Part shown: positions 15,538 through 25,568 of the stretch, piece after piece
Layout of the letters: every line of letters begins with the position of its first letter
Numbering within the stretch: the first letter of the stretch is position 1
Position numbers and translations under genes: made by a program
Assembly (NCBI GenBank): GCA_041395945.1
Contig: JAWKZN010000001.1
Span: 2,684,403 to 2,748,402, forward strand
Reading direction: 5' to 3'
DNA: 64,000 bases
Source: Pseudomonadales bacterium
GTDB lineage: Bacteria > Pseudomonadota > Gammaproteobacteria > Pseudomonadales > Azotimanducaceae
Notes under the pieces: generated by a model
Database searches by the model: none
What the model saw: only the letters and a program-made list of their open reading frames with translations
What the model was told of the DNA's origin: nothing

Positions 15538-18500
15538 GTGGTAGACAGGAAAATCTACGAAAGCGCGTCGACCCTGGTGAAGCGGACGACGTGGCACGAT
15601 CAGGCCGTTGTCACCAAGACTCTCAAGGCCAGCGCGCAGACACCCAACGCGATCACGCGCTATCACCACGAGTTCAACATCAATCAGTCGCTCACCAGTC
15701 CCTATGTATGTCGGGCGCTGGCGATGGACGACCGCAACACACGAATCATCTATGAAGATGACGGTGCGGAGTCGCTGCGGACCCTGATCCAGACCGGCAC
15801 ACTCACCTTCGACGAGCGTCTCGACATCGCCGCAGACATCACCCGCGCCCTGCAGTCGATTCACGATGAAGGCGTGATTCACCGCGATCTGAATCCGGGC
15901 AACATCATCGTCAACGAAGAAACTTTCAGTGTGCGGCTGATCGATTTCGGACTGGCTACCCTCATACCCAGGGAGTACCCGCAGACCGATCACATCCACC
16001 AGCTCACCGGCACCCTCCCCTACGTGTCCCCGGAACAGACCGGCCGGGTTAATCGGGTAGTCGACTACCGGACCGACCTCTACTCCCTCGGTGCAACCCT
16101 TTACGAACTCTTCGCCGGTGCGCCGCCCTTTCCCAACACGGACCCGCTGGAGCTGATACACGCCCATATCGCCAGCACACCACGCCCGCTGAACGCGGTG
16201 GTCGATACGGTACCCCGCTGGCTGTCCGAAGTCGTGCAGAAGCTGCTCGCCAAGCAGCCCGAAGATCGCTATCAATCCGCCGCCGCGGTGCACGACGACC
16301 TGACAGAAGGCCAGAATCACAGCAACATCATTCCGTTCCGCCTCGGTCAGACCGATACCCCCGGACAGCTGACGTTACCCAAACGACTCTACGGGCGTGT
16401 TACAGAAACCACCAAGGTCACCGATCACCTGCGCCGGATCGCCCAGGGTGAAGTGCTCATTCTGGAAATTACCGGCAATGCGGGGGTCGGCAAGGGCGCC
16501 CTGTGCAGCACAATCGGCCGGTCCGCACACGAGAACCGGATGCTCCTGGCCCGGATATCTGCGCCAGGAGTCGAGCTTCGTGACACCGACTCTCTCTGGC
16601 TGGAGCTGCTGCGTCAGCTCGTGCGCCAGGCCCTCTCGCTGGGAGAATCTCCCGCTGAGGCGCTTATCGAACGCCTGTCTCATCTCGAATCCGCAGACGT
16701 CCGCGCGCTCACCCCTTTCATTCCGGAGCTGAAAAATCTGCTTCCCGCTCCGGATGAGTCCAGCGCCGGACTCCCGGCCCGGGGTATCCGCGCGCTGCTG
16801 AGCGCTATCGTCCCGCAGCCGGTCTGTGTGGTGGTGGAGGAAACGGATCAGGTACCCCTGGAATGTCTCAGTGATCTGATCGATGCAGCTCTGTATTCCC
16901 GAAATCTGCTGCTGGTGATTACCCGGGAGCGTCCCCATCCAAGGCTCTTCTCCGAGCCACGGATCGCCGCAAAAACTACTCACCTGCCTCTGGCCCCGTT
17001 TGACAAATCCGATGTGCGCGCGCTGCTCGCTGACATGCTGTCCCAGAGCGAGGCGCGGGTAAGGGAACTTGCCGGTGAGATTCACACGAAGACCGATGGG
17101 CTGCCCCGGGACGTGCTTGCGCTTGTCGAAGAACTGCACCAGACACAGTCCATCGTGCATGACGCCAACGCGGGCAGCTGGTCCTGGGATCTGGATAGAA
17201 TCCGCGGCCACTTCTTCAGCAACAACACGTCAGCCCGCATCACCCATCAGCTCAATCAGCTTCCCGGAGAAACGCTGCATGCACTGGGGCTCGGTGCCGC
17301 TATCGGGGAACAGTTCACCGCACGCCTGATCGCGGATCTGGCGGACCATGATCAGTCCGCCACCGCTGCCATTCTGCGACCCGCCATGAATCAGGGGCTG
17401 CTGGTCACCCAGTCAATGGGTGGGACTGCCACCCAGCTCCAGTATCAGTTCGCCCATCCGCGGATCCGTGCCTCCATCTACGGCGGGCTCACAGAGTCCG
17501 AAAAGGTTGCGAATCATCAAAGGGTCGCCACCAAGCTCAAACAGGGCGGCAGACCCAGCGGCGCCAAACTGCTGCAGATCGCCGATCATCTGAACGCCGC
17601 CACCCACCCCACCGAGCCGGACGAAGCGCGCCGCACGGAAGTCGCCCACTGCAATCTGCTCGCCGCACGGGAGACCCTGCGGCAGGGCGCCTTTCAGCAG
17701 GCCTACAAGTACTGTCGCATCGGCCTGCTGCTGCTGCACCGGCATCCGGGCACCGAGCCCATGAAGCTCGAGCTGGCACAGTGCGCGGCAGAATCGGCAT
17801 TCTTCTGCGGTGATTTCGAACAGCTCGATCGTGTCCTTGCCGCCGTCCCCGATCATCACAGCGCGCTCGAGGAAATCAGGGTCCGGGCAGCCATTGCCCA
17901 GAACGACCTGACCGGTGCGCGGGGCCTGGCACTCGCCGCACTGGGCAGCCTGAACTATCCCGTGCGTGGACCGGGTCTGGCGGGTTTTCTGCCTGACTGG
18001 CTGCGCGTGCCACAGCGCGCCTTGCGGACACCGGTACGGACTCTGGAGGATGTACGGCTGCACCAGAGCTTCCGTTTTGTCTGCTACCTGCTGCATGCCG
18101 GCTACCACCTCGGTCTGCCCGCCCTCGACCGGGTGATCTCGGACCTGCTGCGCCTGTGCGCCCGCAAGGGCTACTGCGCAGAGGCCGCCTTCGCCCTCGC
18201 CGCCACCGCCATCAACGATGTCGCCAACGGTCGCATCCGCGCCGCACGCCGGCATGCTCTGGAAGCCCGGGCGCTGATCGGACAGTTTCCAGGCGAAAGT
18301 GCTTCCATCCGCGCCAGTACCCTGCTCGCCGGTCTCCTCGACCCCTGGTTCGGCACCCTCGATCAGACACTGCCGGTGCTTTCTGACAATCTGAACAGCA
18401 GTCTGGCCCGCCACGACGTGGAGTTCGCGGCCAGTGCCAGCGCGCTTTACGCGGCCAATGGTCTGCTGCGGGGACTTGAACTCGGCTCATTGAAACGGGA

Positions 18501-21500
18501 ACTGATCCGGCAGATTGCGGACATCGGTCAGTTCCGTCATATCACCGGAATAAACATCACCAATTTCGTGCTGCAGATCGTAGTGTCTCTCCTCGGCCGC
18601 AGTGAGTCGGACAGCGGCGCAGATCACAATGAACTGCGGATTTCCAACCCCCGGGATCGGGTGGCTCACGGTTACGTGTACGTGCTGCGCCTGTATTTCG
18701 CCGTGCTGTTCAACGACTTCAAAGGGGCAGGCGCCATTCTGGAGCTGGCTCGCGAACATGTTGCCGCACTCACCGGTTCGCCGCTGCTGGCGACTTTCAG
18801 ACTCGCCGAAGGCCTGATCGAACTGCGCCGCGGGACGGTTGCCGGTCGTTACACGGCGACACGCAATCTGTGGGAAATGCGGGGCTGGGAAAAACTCGGT
18901 GCGCTGCACGCACGACCGAAGCGGCTCATCCTGCAGGCGGAGCTCGCGCGCCGCGGCGGTGCGACAACCCGCAGTCTCGAATATTTCGAGCAGGCGGCCG
19001 ATCGCGCCCGTATGAATGGTCAGGCCAATGATGAAGCGCTCGCCTATGAACTGGCCGCCCGTGCCTGCGACAGCAGTGGCCGCAGTGACTTCGCCAAGCT
19101 GTTTGCGCGCAACGCCTATCAGGCCTATCTGCGCTGGGGGGCTACCGCAAAAGCCAATCAGCTCGAACGGGAATTCCACGGGCTGCTTTCTGAAAATCAT
19201 CCGGTTTCCCGGGGAGCCAGTCTATCGGTCGGCGATCTCGCAGATCTTACTGTGCGGGATTTCCAGACTCACAGCACGACCTTCGAAAGTACCGAACTCA
19301 ACGAGCGCATCGTGGACACCACCACGGTACTGCGTGCCGCCCAGACCATCTCCGGCGAGATACTGCTGGATAAGGTACTGACAAAGCTGCTGCGGCTGAC
19401 ACTCGAGCATGCGGGTGCCCAGAAGGCGTGCATGCTGCTGGCGCACGACCGTCGTCTCTACCTGGAAGCCATAGCCTCGGTGGACGCCGGCCCGACCCGC
19501 AGAGTCAGCCCGGCGGTACCGCTGGAGGCGACGGGTGAAGTGCCGGAAAGCATTGTGCAGTTCGTCGCCCGCACCAAGGAAGCGCTGGTACTTACCGACG
19601 CAACACAGGAAGACGTGTTCACCCAGGATCCCTACGTACGACGCCTGCAGCCTCTGAGCGTGATGTGCCTGCCGATCATCCACCGCGGAGACATCACCGG
19701 CATCCTCTACGTGGAGCATCGCTGGCTCACCGGGGTGTTCACCTCCCAGCGGGTTGAAGTACTGGCTCTGCTGTCTTCCCAGGCCGCAATCTCGATCGAG
19801 AACGCGCGCCTTTATGCTGACCTGCAGGCCACCCAGGACGAGTATCGCGCGCTTTACGACAATGCCATCGAAGGCCTGTTCCGGATCAGCCCGGAGGGCT
19901 ATCTGGTGAATGCCAACCCGACACTGGCCCGCATTCTCGGTTTCGACTCGGTGGAGCAGCTGCTCGACGAGTACCGGGACCTCATCGATCGGGTGTTCCT
20001 CAACAACGAACAGGCCGGTCTCTTCATCTCCCAGCTGGAGGAGCACCGCCTGGTCAGCGGCTTTGAAGCACAGGGTGTGACCCGGGACGGTCGCGTCTTC
20101 TGGGTGGCACTCACCGCACGTCTCAGCAGCGATACGGAACGCGGGGATTTCATCGACGGCAGCCTCATCGACATTTCCGAGCGTATCGATCGGGAACGCT
20201 CAGACAAACAGCGACAGATCGCCGAGGCGGCCACACGGGCAAAGAGCGAGTTTCTCGCCAACATGAGTCATGAGATCCGCACGCCGATGAACGCCATCGT
20301 CGGTTTCTCCCGGCTGGCGCTGGAGACTTCCCTCGATCGCAAGCAGCACGAGTACGTGACATCGATCCGCAACGCGTCGGAAAACCTGCTGACGCTGGTC
20401 AGCGACGTGCTGGACTTTTCGAAGATCGAAGCGGGCAAGCTGACCCTGGAAGCCCGACCCTTCAAACTCTCCGAAACCCTCGCGGAGGTAGAAAGGCTGT
20501 TCCGCACCGAAGCCCGCAGACGCAATCTGGTCCTGGAAATCGATGATCGCACCCAGACAGACCCTGCAATCCCCGCAGACGGCATGCTGCTCGGCGATGC
20601 TCTGCGTCTGCAGCAGGTTCTGGTCAACCTGGTAGGCAACGCCATGAAGTTCACGGAAGTCGGCCGTATCGAACTGGCTGCGGAAGTCAGTAACGCGCGG
20701 GCGGGAGATGATCAGATCGAACTGCGCATATCGGTGACCGATACCGGAATCGGTATCGATCCGGAGCACCAGAAACGTCTTTTCGAGTCTTTCGAACAGG
20801 CAGAAACCTCCACAACGCGGCGCTATGGCGGTACCGGGCTCGGCCTCGCCATCTCCAAGCGCATCGTCGAACTCATGGGTGGCAGGGTCTCGGTGACTTC
20901 CGAAGTGGGTAACGGCAGCTGCTTCGAATTCACCCTGTTGACCCGTCTGCCCTCGGATGCCGTCGCCACAGCAGCGCGGGGATCGAAGCGTCGACCCAGC
21001 GATATGGTGCTGCACGACCGCCGCATCCTGGTTGCGGAAGACAACCCGATCAATCAGCAGCTGGCGCTTGAATTCCTCCAGCGTCGCGGGGCGTCGGTGC
21101 AGATCGCCGAAAATGGCAGGCAGGCTGTGAACCGGGCAACCGAGTCGGAGTTCGACGCCATTCTCATGGACATCCACATGCCGGAACTCGATGGCCTCGA
21201 AGCCGCCACTCAGCTGCGACTGCTCGGACTGACCCTGCCCATCATCGCGGTATCAGCCGACGCCCTTTCCAGCAGCAAGCTCGCGGCAACCGAGGCTGGC
21301 TGTGACGCTTATCTCACCAAGCCGATCGATTTCGATGAACTCGTCCACACCCTGGGTGAGCTGCTGCCGAGTCTGGACAGCAGCCAGCCCCGTCGACGCG
21401 CCAGCGATCAGCCGGTGGTGGCGGTGGATGCCGATGCGGAATCCATGATGGAAGAAGCGCTGCGCTCCTTCCCCCAGCAGCGCCTGCCCGGCATCGATAT

Positions 21501-21858
21501 CGGCGACGCCATTCGCGGCCACAACGGCAACGTGAAACTGATGGTCCGGCTCATGGGAGAGTTCGGCCAGTACTATGGCGACGCCGCAGCAAAGATGCGC
21601 GGCTACGCCACCGCCGAGCAGTATGAGGCAGCGGAACGGCTGGCGCACAACCTGGCGGGTGTCGCGGGCAGTTTCGGGGCAAGCCGGTTGCAGGAAGCTT
21701 CGAAGGCACTGGAGCTCGCCCTTGTCGCCAACGACTCCCGCAATCTGCTCGGGCTCGTACGCAGCTTCGAAGTCGCGCTGACCGAAGTGCTCGAATCGAC
21801 CGAAGCCCTGGCGAGCAACGAGATTCCGCTCAGAGCGAGCGACTTTTCGGAGGGGTGA
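15538..21858 (+). CDS. 2,106-aa hybrid sensor: Ser/Thr-kinase-like domain, AAA/STAND-like NTPase with helical repeats, GAF, PAS, HisKA, HATPase_c, REC and Hpt
   Basis: GTG start. Kinase-like motifs [15 protein letters not shown]-loop GNAGVGKG. H-box [12 protein letters not shown]2 box [18 protein letters not shown]. Receiver [11 protein letters not shown]...[12 protein letters not shown]. Hpt motif [11 protein letters not shown]. Confidence 0.9.
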   Translation: MVDRKIYESASTLVKRTTWHDQAVVTKTLKASAQTPNAITRYHHEFNINQSLTSPYVCRALAMDDRNTRIIYEDDGAESLRTLIQTGTLTFDERLDIAADITRALQSIHDEGVIHRDLNPGNIIVNEETFSVRLIDFGLATLIPREYPQTDHIHQLTGTLPYVSPEQTGRVNRVVDYRTDLYSLGATLYELFAGAPPFPNTDPLELIHAHIASTPRPLNAVVDTVPRWLSEVVQKLLAKQPEDRYQSAAAVHDDLTEGQNHSNIIPFRLGQTDTPGQLTLPKRLYGRVTETTKVTDHLRRIAQGEVLILEITGNAGVGKGALCSTIGRSAHENRMLLARISAPGVELRDTDSLWLELLRQLVRQALSLGESPAEALIERLSHLESADVRALTPFIPELKNLLPAPDESSAGLPARGIRALLSAIVPQPVCVVVEETDQVPLECLSDLIDAALYSRNLLLVITRERPHPRLFSEPRIAAKTTHLPLAPFDKSDVRALLADMLSQSEARVRELAGEIHTKTDGLPRDVLALVEELHQTQSIVHDANAGSWSWDLDRIRGHFFSNNTSARITHQLNQLPGETLHALGLGAAIGEQFTARLIADLADHDQSATAAILRPAMNQGLLVTQSMGGTATQLQYQFAHPRIRASIYGGLTESEKVANHQRVATKLKQGGRPSGAKLLQIADHLNAATHPTEPDEARRTEVAHCNLLAARETLRQGAFQQAYKYCRIGLLLLHRHPGTEPMKLELAQCAAESAFFCGDFEQLDRVLAAVPDHHSALEEIRVRAAIAQNDLTGARGLALAALGSLNYPVRGPGLAGFLPDWLRVPQRALRTPVRTLEDVRLHQSFRFVCYLLHAGYHLGLPALDRVISDLLRLCARKGYCAEAAFALAATAINDVANGRIRAARRHALEARALIGQFPGESASIRASTLLAGLLDPWFGTLDQTLPVLSDNLNSSLARHDVEFAASASALYAANGLLRGLELGSLKRELIRQIADIGQFRHITGINITNFVLQIVVSLLGRSESDSGADHNELRISNPRDRVAHGYVYVLRLYFAVLFNDFKGAGAILELAREHVAALTGSPLLATFRLAEGLIELRRGTVAGRYTATRNLWEMRGWEKLGALHARPKRLILQAELARRGGATTRSLEYFEQAADRARMNGQANDEALAYELAARACDSSGRSDFAKLFARNAYQAYLRWGATAKANQLEREFHGLLSENHPVSRGASLSVGDLADLTVRDFQTHSTTFESTELNERIVDTTTVLRAAQTISGEILLDKVLTKLLRLTLEHAGAQKACMLLAHDRRLYLEAIASVDAGPTRRVSPAVPLEATGEVPESIVQFVARTKEALVLTDATQEDVFTQDPYVRRLQPLSVMCLPIIHRGDITGILYVEHRWLTGVFTSQRVEVLALLSSQAAISIENARLYADLQATQDEYRALYDNAIEGLFRISPEGYLVNANPTLARILGFDSVEQLLDEYRDLIDRVFLNNEQAGLFISQLEEHRLVSGFEAQGVTRDGRVFWVALTARLSSDTERGDFIDGSLIDISERIDRERSDKQRQIAEAATRAKSEFLANMSHEIRTPMNAIVGFSRLALETSLDRKQHEYVTSIRNASENLLTLVSDVLDFSKIEAGKLTLEARPFKLSETLAEVERLFRTEARRRNLVLEIDDRTQTDPAIPADGMLLGDALRLQQVLVNLVGNAMKFTEVGRIELAAEVSNARAGDDQIELRISVTDTGIGIDPEHQKRLFESFEQAETSTTRRYGGTGLGLAISKRIVELMGGRVSVTSEVGNGSCFEFTLLTRLPSDAVATAARGSKRRPSDMVLHDRRILVAEDNPINQQLALEFLQRRGASVQIAENGRQAVNRATESEFDAILMDIHMPELDGLEAATQLRLLGLTLPIIAVSADALSSSKLAATEAGCDAYLTKPIDFDELVHTLGELLPSLDSSQPRRRASDQPVVAVDADAESMMEEALRSFPQQRLPGIDIGDAIRGHNGNVKLMVRLMGEFGQYYGDAAAKMRGYATAEQYEAAERLAHNLAGVAGSFGASRLQEASKALELALVANDSRNLLGLVRSFEVALTEVLESTEALASNEIPLRASDFSEG

Positions 21859-22780
21859 GGTCCAGCAGTGGCAGCAGCTCGGCCGCTTTCTCCCGATCTC
21901 CGTCCTGCTGCAGCTTCACAAAGTCAAAGAGATCCCTGTCGCCAAGGTGTGAAGGCACCACGTGGCGCAGGCTGCGCGCGATGTTTTCCACCCGGCCCGG
22001 TGACTCGACATCCCACTGCTCCAGCATCTGCTTGATCACCTGACGCTGCAGGTTTTCCTGAGATCCGCAGAGATTGCACGGGATGATGGGATACGCACGG
22101 TAATCGGCCCATCGGGCGATATCCCGTTCCCGGCAGTAGTAGAGCGGGCGGATCACCACATTGCTGCCATCGTCACTTTTGAGCTTGGGTGGCATCGCCT
22201 TCAGGCGGCCGCCGAAAAACAGGTTGAGGAACAGAGTCTCCACCACATCATCGAGGTGGTGACCCAGGGCTATTCGGCTGGCGCCGATCCGGCGCGCAAA
22301 GCTGTAGAGAATGCCGCGTCGCATACGCGAGCAGACCGGGCAGGTGGTTTTCCCTTCCGGTGTCAGTGCCTGGACGATACTGTAGGTGTCTTCCTCGAGG
22401 ATGTGGTACTCGATACCCAGCTTCTCGAGATAGTCCGGCAGCACGTCTTCGGGAAACCCCGGCTGCTTCTGATCCAGATTCACCGCAACCAGTTCAAAGG
22501 GGACGGGCGCGTTCTGCTGCAGGCTCATCAGCACATCGAGCAGGGTGTAGGAGTCCTTCCCACCGGAGAGACACACCATAACCCTGTCTCCGGCTTCGAT
22601 CATGCCGTAGTCGACAACGGCGTGACCGACCTGCCGCCGCAGCTTCTTCTGCAGTTTGTTGCGCTCGTAGCGCGCTTTCTGGGCGGCTTTCGAAGGATCC
22701 GGTGTTCTGCGCGCAGCCGCCGTCACTGTCGGTTCGGAGCCGGCAGTCGGAGACAGATTGGGGAAATGTTCGACCGTCAC
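21830..22780 (-). CDS. ttcA: tRNA 2-thiocytidine(32) synthetase
   Basis: PP-loop [18 protein letters not shown], plus [19 protein letters not shown] and [17 protein letters not shown]. Collinear with E. coli TtcA as recalled. Confidence 0.95.
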   Translation of the reverse strand: MTVEHFPNLSPTAGSEPTVTAAARRTPDPSKAAQKARYERNKLQKKLRRQVGHAVVDYGMIEAGDRVMVCLSGGKDSYTLLDVLMSLQQNAPVPFELVAVNLDQKQPGFPEDVLPDYLEKLGIEYHILEEDTYSIVQALTPEGKTTCPVCSRMRRGILYSFARRIGASRIALGHHLDDVVETLFLNLFFGGRLKAMPPKLKSDDGSNVVIRPLYYCRERDIARWADYRAYPIIPCNLCGSQENLQRQVIKQMLEQWDVESPGRVENIARSLRHVVPSHLGDRDLFDFVKLQQDGDREKAAELLPLLDLTPPKSRSL

Positions 22781-22881
22781 TTATTTAAACCTCCACCGCA
22801 GGCTTTTTCTCAGCCGCAGGCGTGCATCAGTCCACTGGACTCCCCTCGGGGTCGGGGATTCTACAGGGACAGGGCGCTGCA

Positions 22882-23102
22882 GAGAACTCAGCCAGGAAGT
22901 TCGGAAAAATTCAGCGGGCGTGGTCGAGGACCTGCTACCCCGGGCCGTGTAGCGCGGCCGAGTAAGGCTATTTGACTCGCGGGCCTCCCGTGAGGCAAAT
23001 AGCTGCACGAGGGCACAGCGGAGCTGCCGAGCGAGGCCCGGGGTAGCAGGTCCTCGACCACGCAATGATCAAACTATTTTCGAGATGCCTGGCTGAGTTC
23101 TC
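22882..23102. repeat. ~220-bp palindromic (REP/MITE-like) intergenic element, copy 1
   Basis: Perfect 29-bp inverted repeat GCGTGGTCGAGGACCTGCTACCCCGGGCC (22918-22946) / reverse complement at 23035-23063. Outer 15-bp inverted repeat GAGAACTCAGCCAGG (22882-22896) / 23088-23102. The 97-nt core 22976-23072 recurs at 42324-42420. Confidence 0.75.
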
Positions 23103-23184
23103 CAGCGGCAGTCGGGGAGATGGCGCTGCCGTGTTTCGTATCCATCGAGAAGCTGGGGTGGATACGAGGCTCTGCAGAACGCCC

Positions 23185-25452
23185 TTACTTCGCCTGCGCG
23201 GCAACCCCGAGCTGACCCTGGCCCACAAAGGCTTCGAACTCCAGTGGCGGCAGAGGCTTCGAATAGTAATAGCCCTGAATGAAATCGCAGCCGATCTGTT
23301 TGAGACGCTCGACCTGCTCCAGCTCTTCGACTCCCTCGGCCACCACCTTCATGCCAAGGATGCGTCCCATGCTGACAATGGAGGCGACCAGACCGAGGTC
23401 CCGGGTGTTGGCCAGCTCATCGATGAAGGCCTTGTCGATCTTCAGAACATCGAACTCGAAATTGCGCAGATAACCGAGGGAGGAGAAACCGGTGCCGAAA
23501 TCATCCAGCGCAACCATGCAGCCCAGCGCGCGTGCGCCGCTGAGGAACTCCAGGGCGCCTTCGCTGTTGTCGATCAGCGCGCTTTCCGTGAGCTCCAGAG
23601 TCAGCCCCTGCGGATCACCGGAGGCGAGCATCGACAGCAGACCCATGACATCGTGACTGTGGCGGATCTGTACTGCACTGATGTTCAGCGATATCCGCAG
23701 ATCGGTGAGTCCGCGACTGCGCCACTGGCTCAGCTGCCTCTGGCACTCGCGCACCACCCATTGACCGATTTCTATGATCAGCCCGGTGTCTTCAGCGATC
23801 GGAATGAACTCACCGGGTGACACCATGCCCAGCTCAGGGTGATGCCAGCGCAGCAGTGCCTCGGTAGAAGTGACGACACCACGGCGCACATCCACCACCG
23901 GCTGATAGTGCAGCCTGAGTTCATCGTTCGTGACCGCCTTGCGCAGTGCAGACTCCAGCTCCATGCGTCGTTCTGCACGGGCGTTCATTTCCTGTTCGAA
24001 GAAGGCGAGGTTGTTGCCGCCTTCCTGTTTGACCTGAATCCGGGCGGCATCCGCTTTCTGCAGCAGTTCGCCGGTTTCCGAGCCGTCCTGGGGGATCGTG
24101 GAAATTCCCACGCTGGCAGTGACAAAGAGCTCGCGCTGTCCCTCCATCATGAACGGCCGTTCGATTGCGACGACGATCTTGTGGGCGATGCGCTCCACCT
24201 CCCGCAGGTCCTCGATCTCGGAAAGCAGCACGACAAAGTGATCACCGCCGAGCCTGGCAACCGTATCCGACTCGCGCACACTCATGGCGATCCGATATGC
24301 AGCTTCCATCAGTACCTGATCGCCTTTCGCGGGCCCGATGGAATCATTGACCATCTTGAAGCGGTCGATGTCTATGCTGATCAGTGCACCCAGGAAATCT
24401 TCATCCAGCGCGCGCAGCAGCACCCGACTCAGTCGCTCCTGAAACAGATTTCTGTTCGGCAGTTTGGTGAGCGTATCGTGATGTGCCTGCCAGAGCATGA
24501 GGCTGCGGGCGTCTTCGTCACCCATCAGTTCCATGGACAGGGTGAGATAACCGCGCAGGCGCTTGCCATCCCGTATCGCAATCCTGGAAACCTTGTCGGA
24601 AAAAGCCTCGCCATTCTTCTTGCGCAACCAGAACTCACCGATCCACGACCCGTTGTCGAGCAGTGCACTGTGCATGGCGCGGAAAAAGGCTTCGTCCTGC
24701 TGACCGGAATGATTGAAGGTGATCGGCTGGCCGGTTACTTCCGCTCCGCTGTAGCCGGTGAGTCGGCTGTAGGCTTTATTCACCGCCACGATCCGATCAT
24801 CCACGTCGGTCACCACGGCGGCGCCGGGGACGTTGTCGAACAGCAGTGTCTCGAAATCGTAACCATCCCAGGGATTGTCACGCTTCGAGTTTCTGGCACT
24901 CAGTCCGGACCAGAGGGCGGCAAAGACCAGAGCGGCGAGACTGAGCAGGGTGCCGATCCTGATGGTCCGGCTGCGGGAATGCAGTTGCCTGAGTTCAACC
25001 ACCATCTGCTCGAGGGCCCTGTTCAGCTCCGGCCCCGGGGTCACGCTGGCAGCATCCTTGGAAGTCAGCGCGTTTTCCAGCAGTTCGACATTGCGCGACA
25101 GCGCAGCGGCGGCGAGCGGTGAGCGCAGTTCAATTTCAGGCAGCAGCACTTTCAGATCCAGCAGCAGGCGCCGGGCGGTTACCGCCGATACCGGGACCGC
25201 CGCACCGGCACTATCGACGTTCTCCGAAAGATCCACACGCATCGACGAGGTGTGCAGACGACTGAGCAGGCTTTCGAGTTCGCTGCGGTGCTGCTGGCTG
25301 TCGATCAGCGAAAGTGACAGGTACCAGGTCGACAGTGCAGCGACCAGCAGGAGTCCCTGAGGCCATGCAGGAAGCCAGGAGGGCAGCCAGGAAGTCCAGC
25401 CATTGAAGGTACCCGGTAACGTGCGCATCGACAGCAGCGGAATCCATGACAA
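23185..25452 (-). CDS. membrane-anchored PAS-GGDEF-EAL c-di-GMP protein (degenerate GGDHF site, intact-looking EAL)
   Basis: N-terminal hydrophobic segments. PAS-like region (VVTDVDDRIVAVNKAYSRLTGYS). GGDHF at aa 402-406. EAL motifs (EALLRW, ELTES, DDFGTG, KIDKAF). Confidence 0.9.
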   Translation of the reverse strand: MSWIPLLSMRTLPGTFNGWTSWLPSWLPAWPQGLLLVAALSTWYLSLSLIDSQQHRSELESLLSRLHTSSMRVDLSENVDSAGAAVPVSAVTARRLLLDLKVLLPEIELRSPLAAAALSRNVELLENALTSKDAASVTPGPELNRALEQMVVELRQLHSRSRTIRIGTLLSLAALVFAALWSGLSARNSKRDNPWDGYDFETLLFDNVPGAAVVTDVDDRIVAVNKAYSRLTGYSGAEVTGQPITFNHSGQQDEAFFRAMHSALLDNGSWIGEFWLRKKNGEAFSDKVSRIAIRDGKRLRGYLTLSMELMGDEDARSLMLWQAHHDTLTKLPNRNLFQERLSRVLLRALDEDFLGALISIDIDRFKMVNDSIGPAKGDQVLMEAAYRIAMSVRESDTVARLGGDHFVVLLSEIEDLREVERIAHKIVVAIERPFMMEGQRELFVTASVGISTIPQDGSETGELLQKADAARIQVKQEGGNNLAFFEQEMNARAERRMELESALRKAVTNDELRLHYQPVVDVRRGVVTSTEALLRWHHPELGMVSPGEFIPIAEDTGLIIEIGQWVVRECQRQLSQWRSRGLTDLRISLNISAVQIRHSHDVMGLLSMLASGDPQGLTLELTESALIDNSEGALEFLSGARALGCMVALDDFGTGFSSLGYLRNFEFDVLKIDKAFIDELANTRDLGLVASIVSMGRILGMKVVAEGVEELEQVERLKQIGCDFIQGYYYSKPLPPLEFEAFVGQGQLGVAAQAK

Positions 25453-25568
25453 CGTCTATTAAACGTAGTTGAGCCATGGCGAATCGCAAACCGATTATGC
25501 GCCGTAATCTGTGGCGTCAGTATCCCGTCACCGGCAGGTGCGGCCGCCGGCGGATATTCGTGACGCCG

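Noticed and set aside
14788-16320. 510-aa minus-strand ORF across the response regulator and the start of the sensor gene
   Set aside because: It is antisense to two confidently identified genes, has no recognisable motifs and spans their intergenic region.
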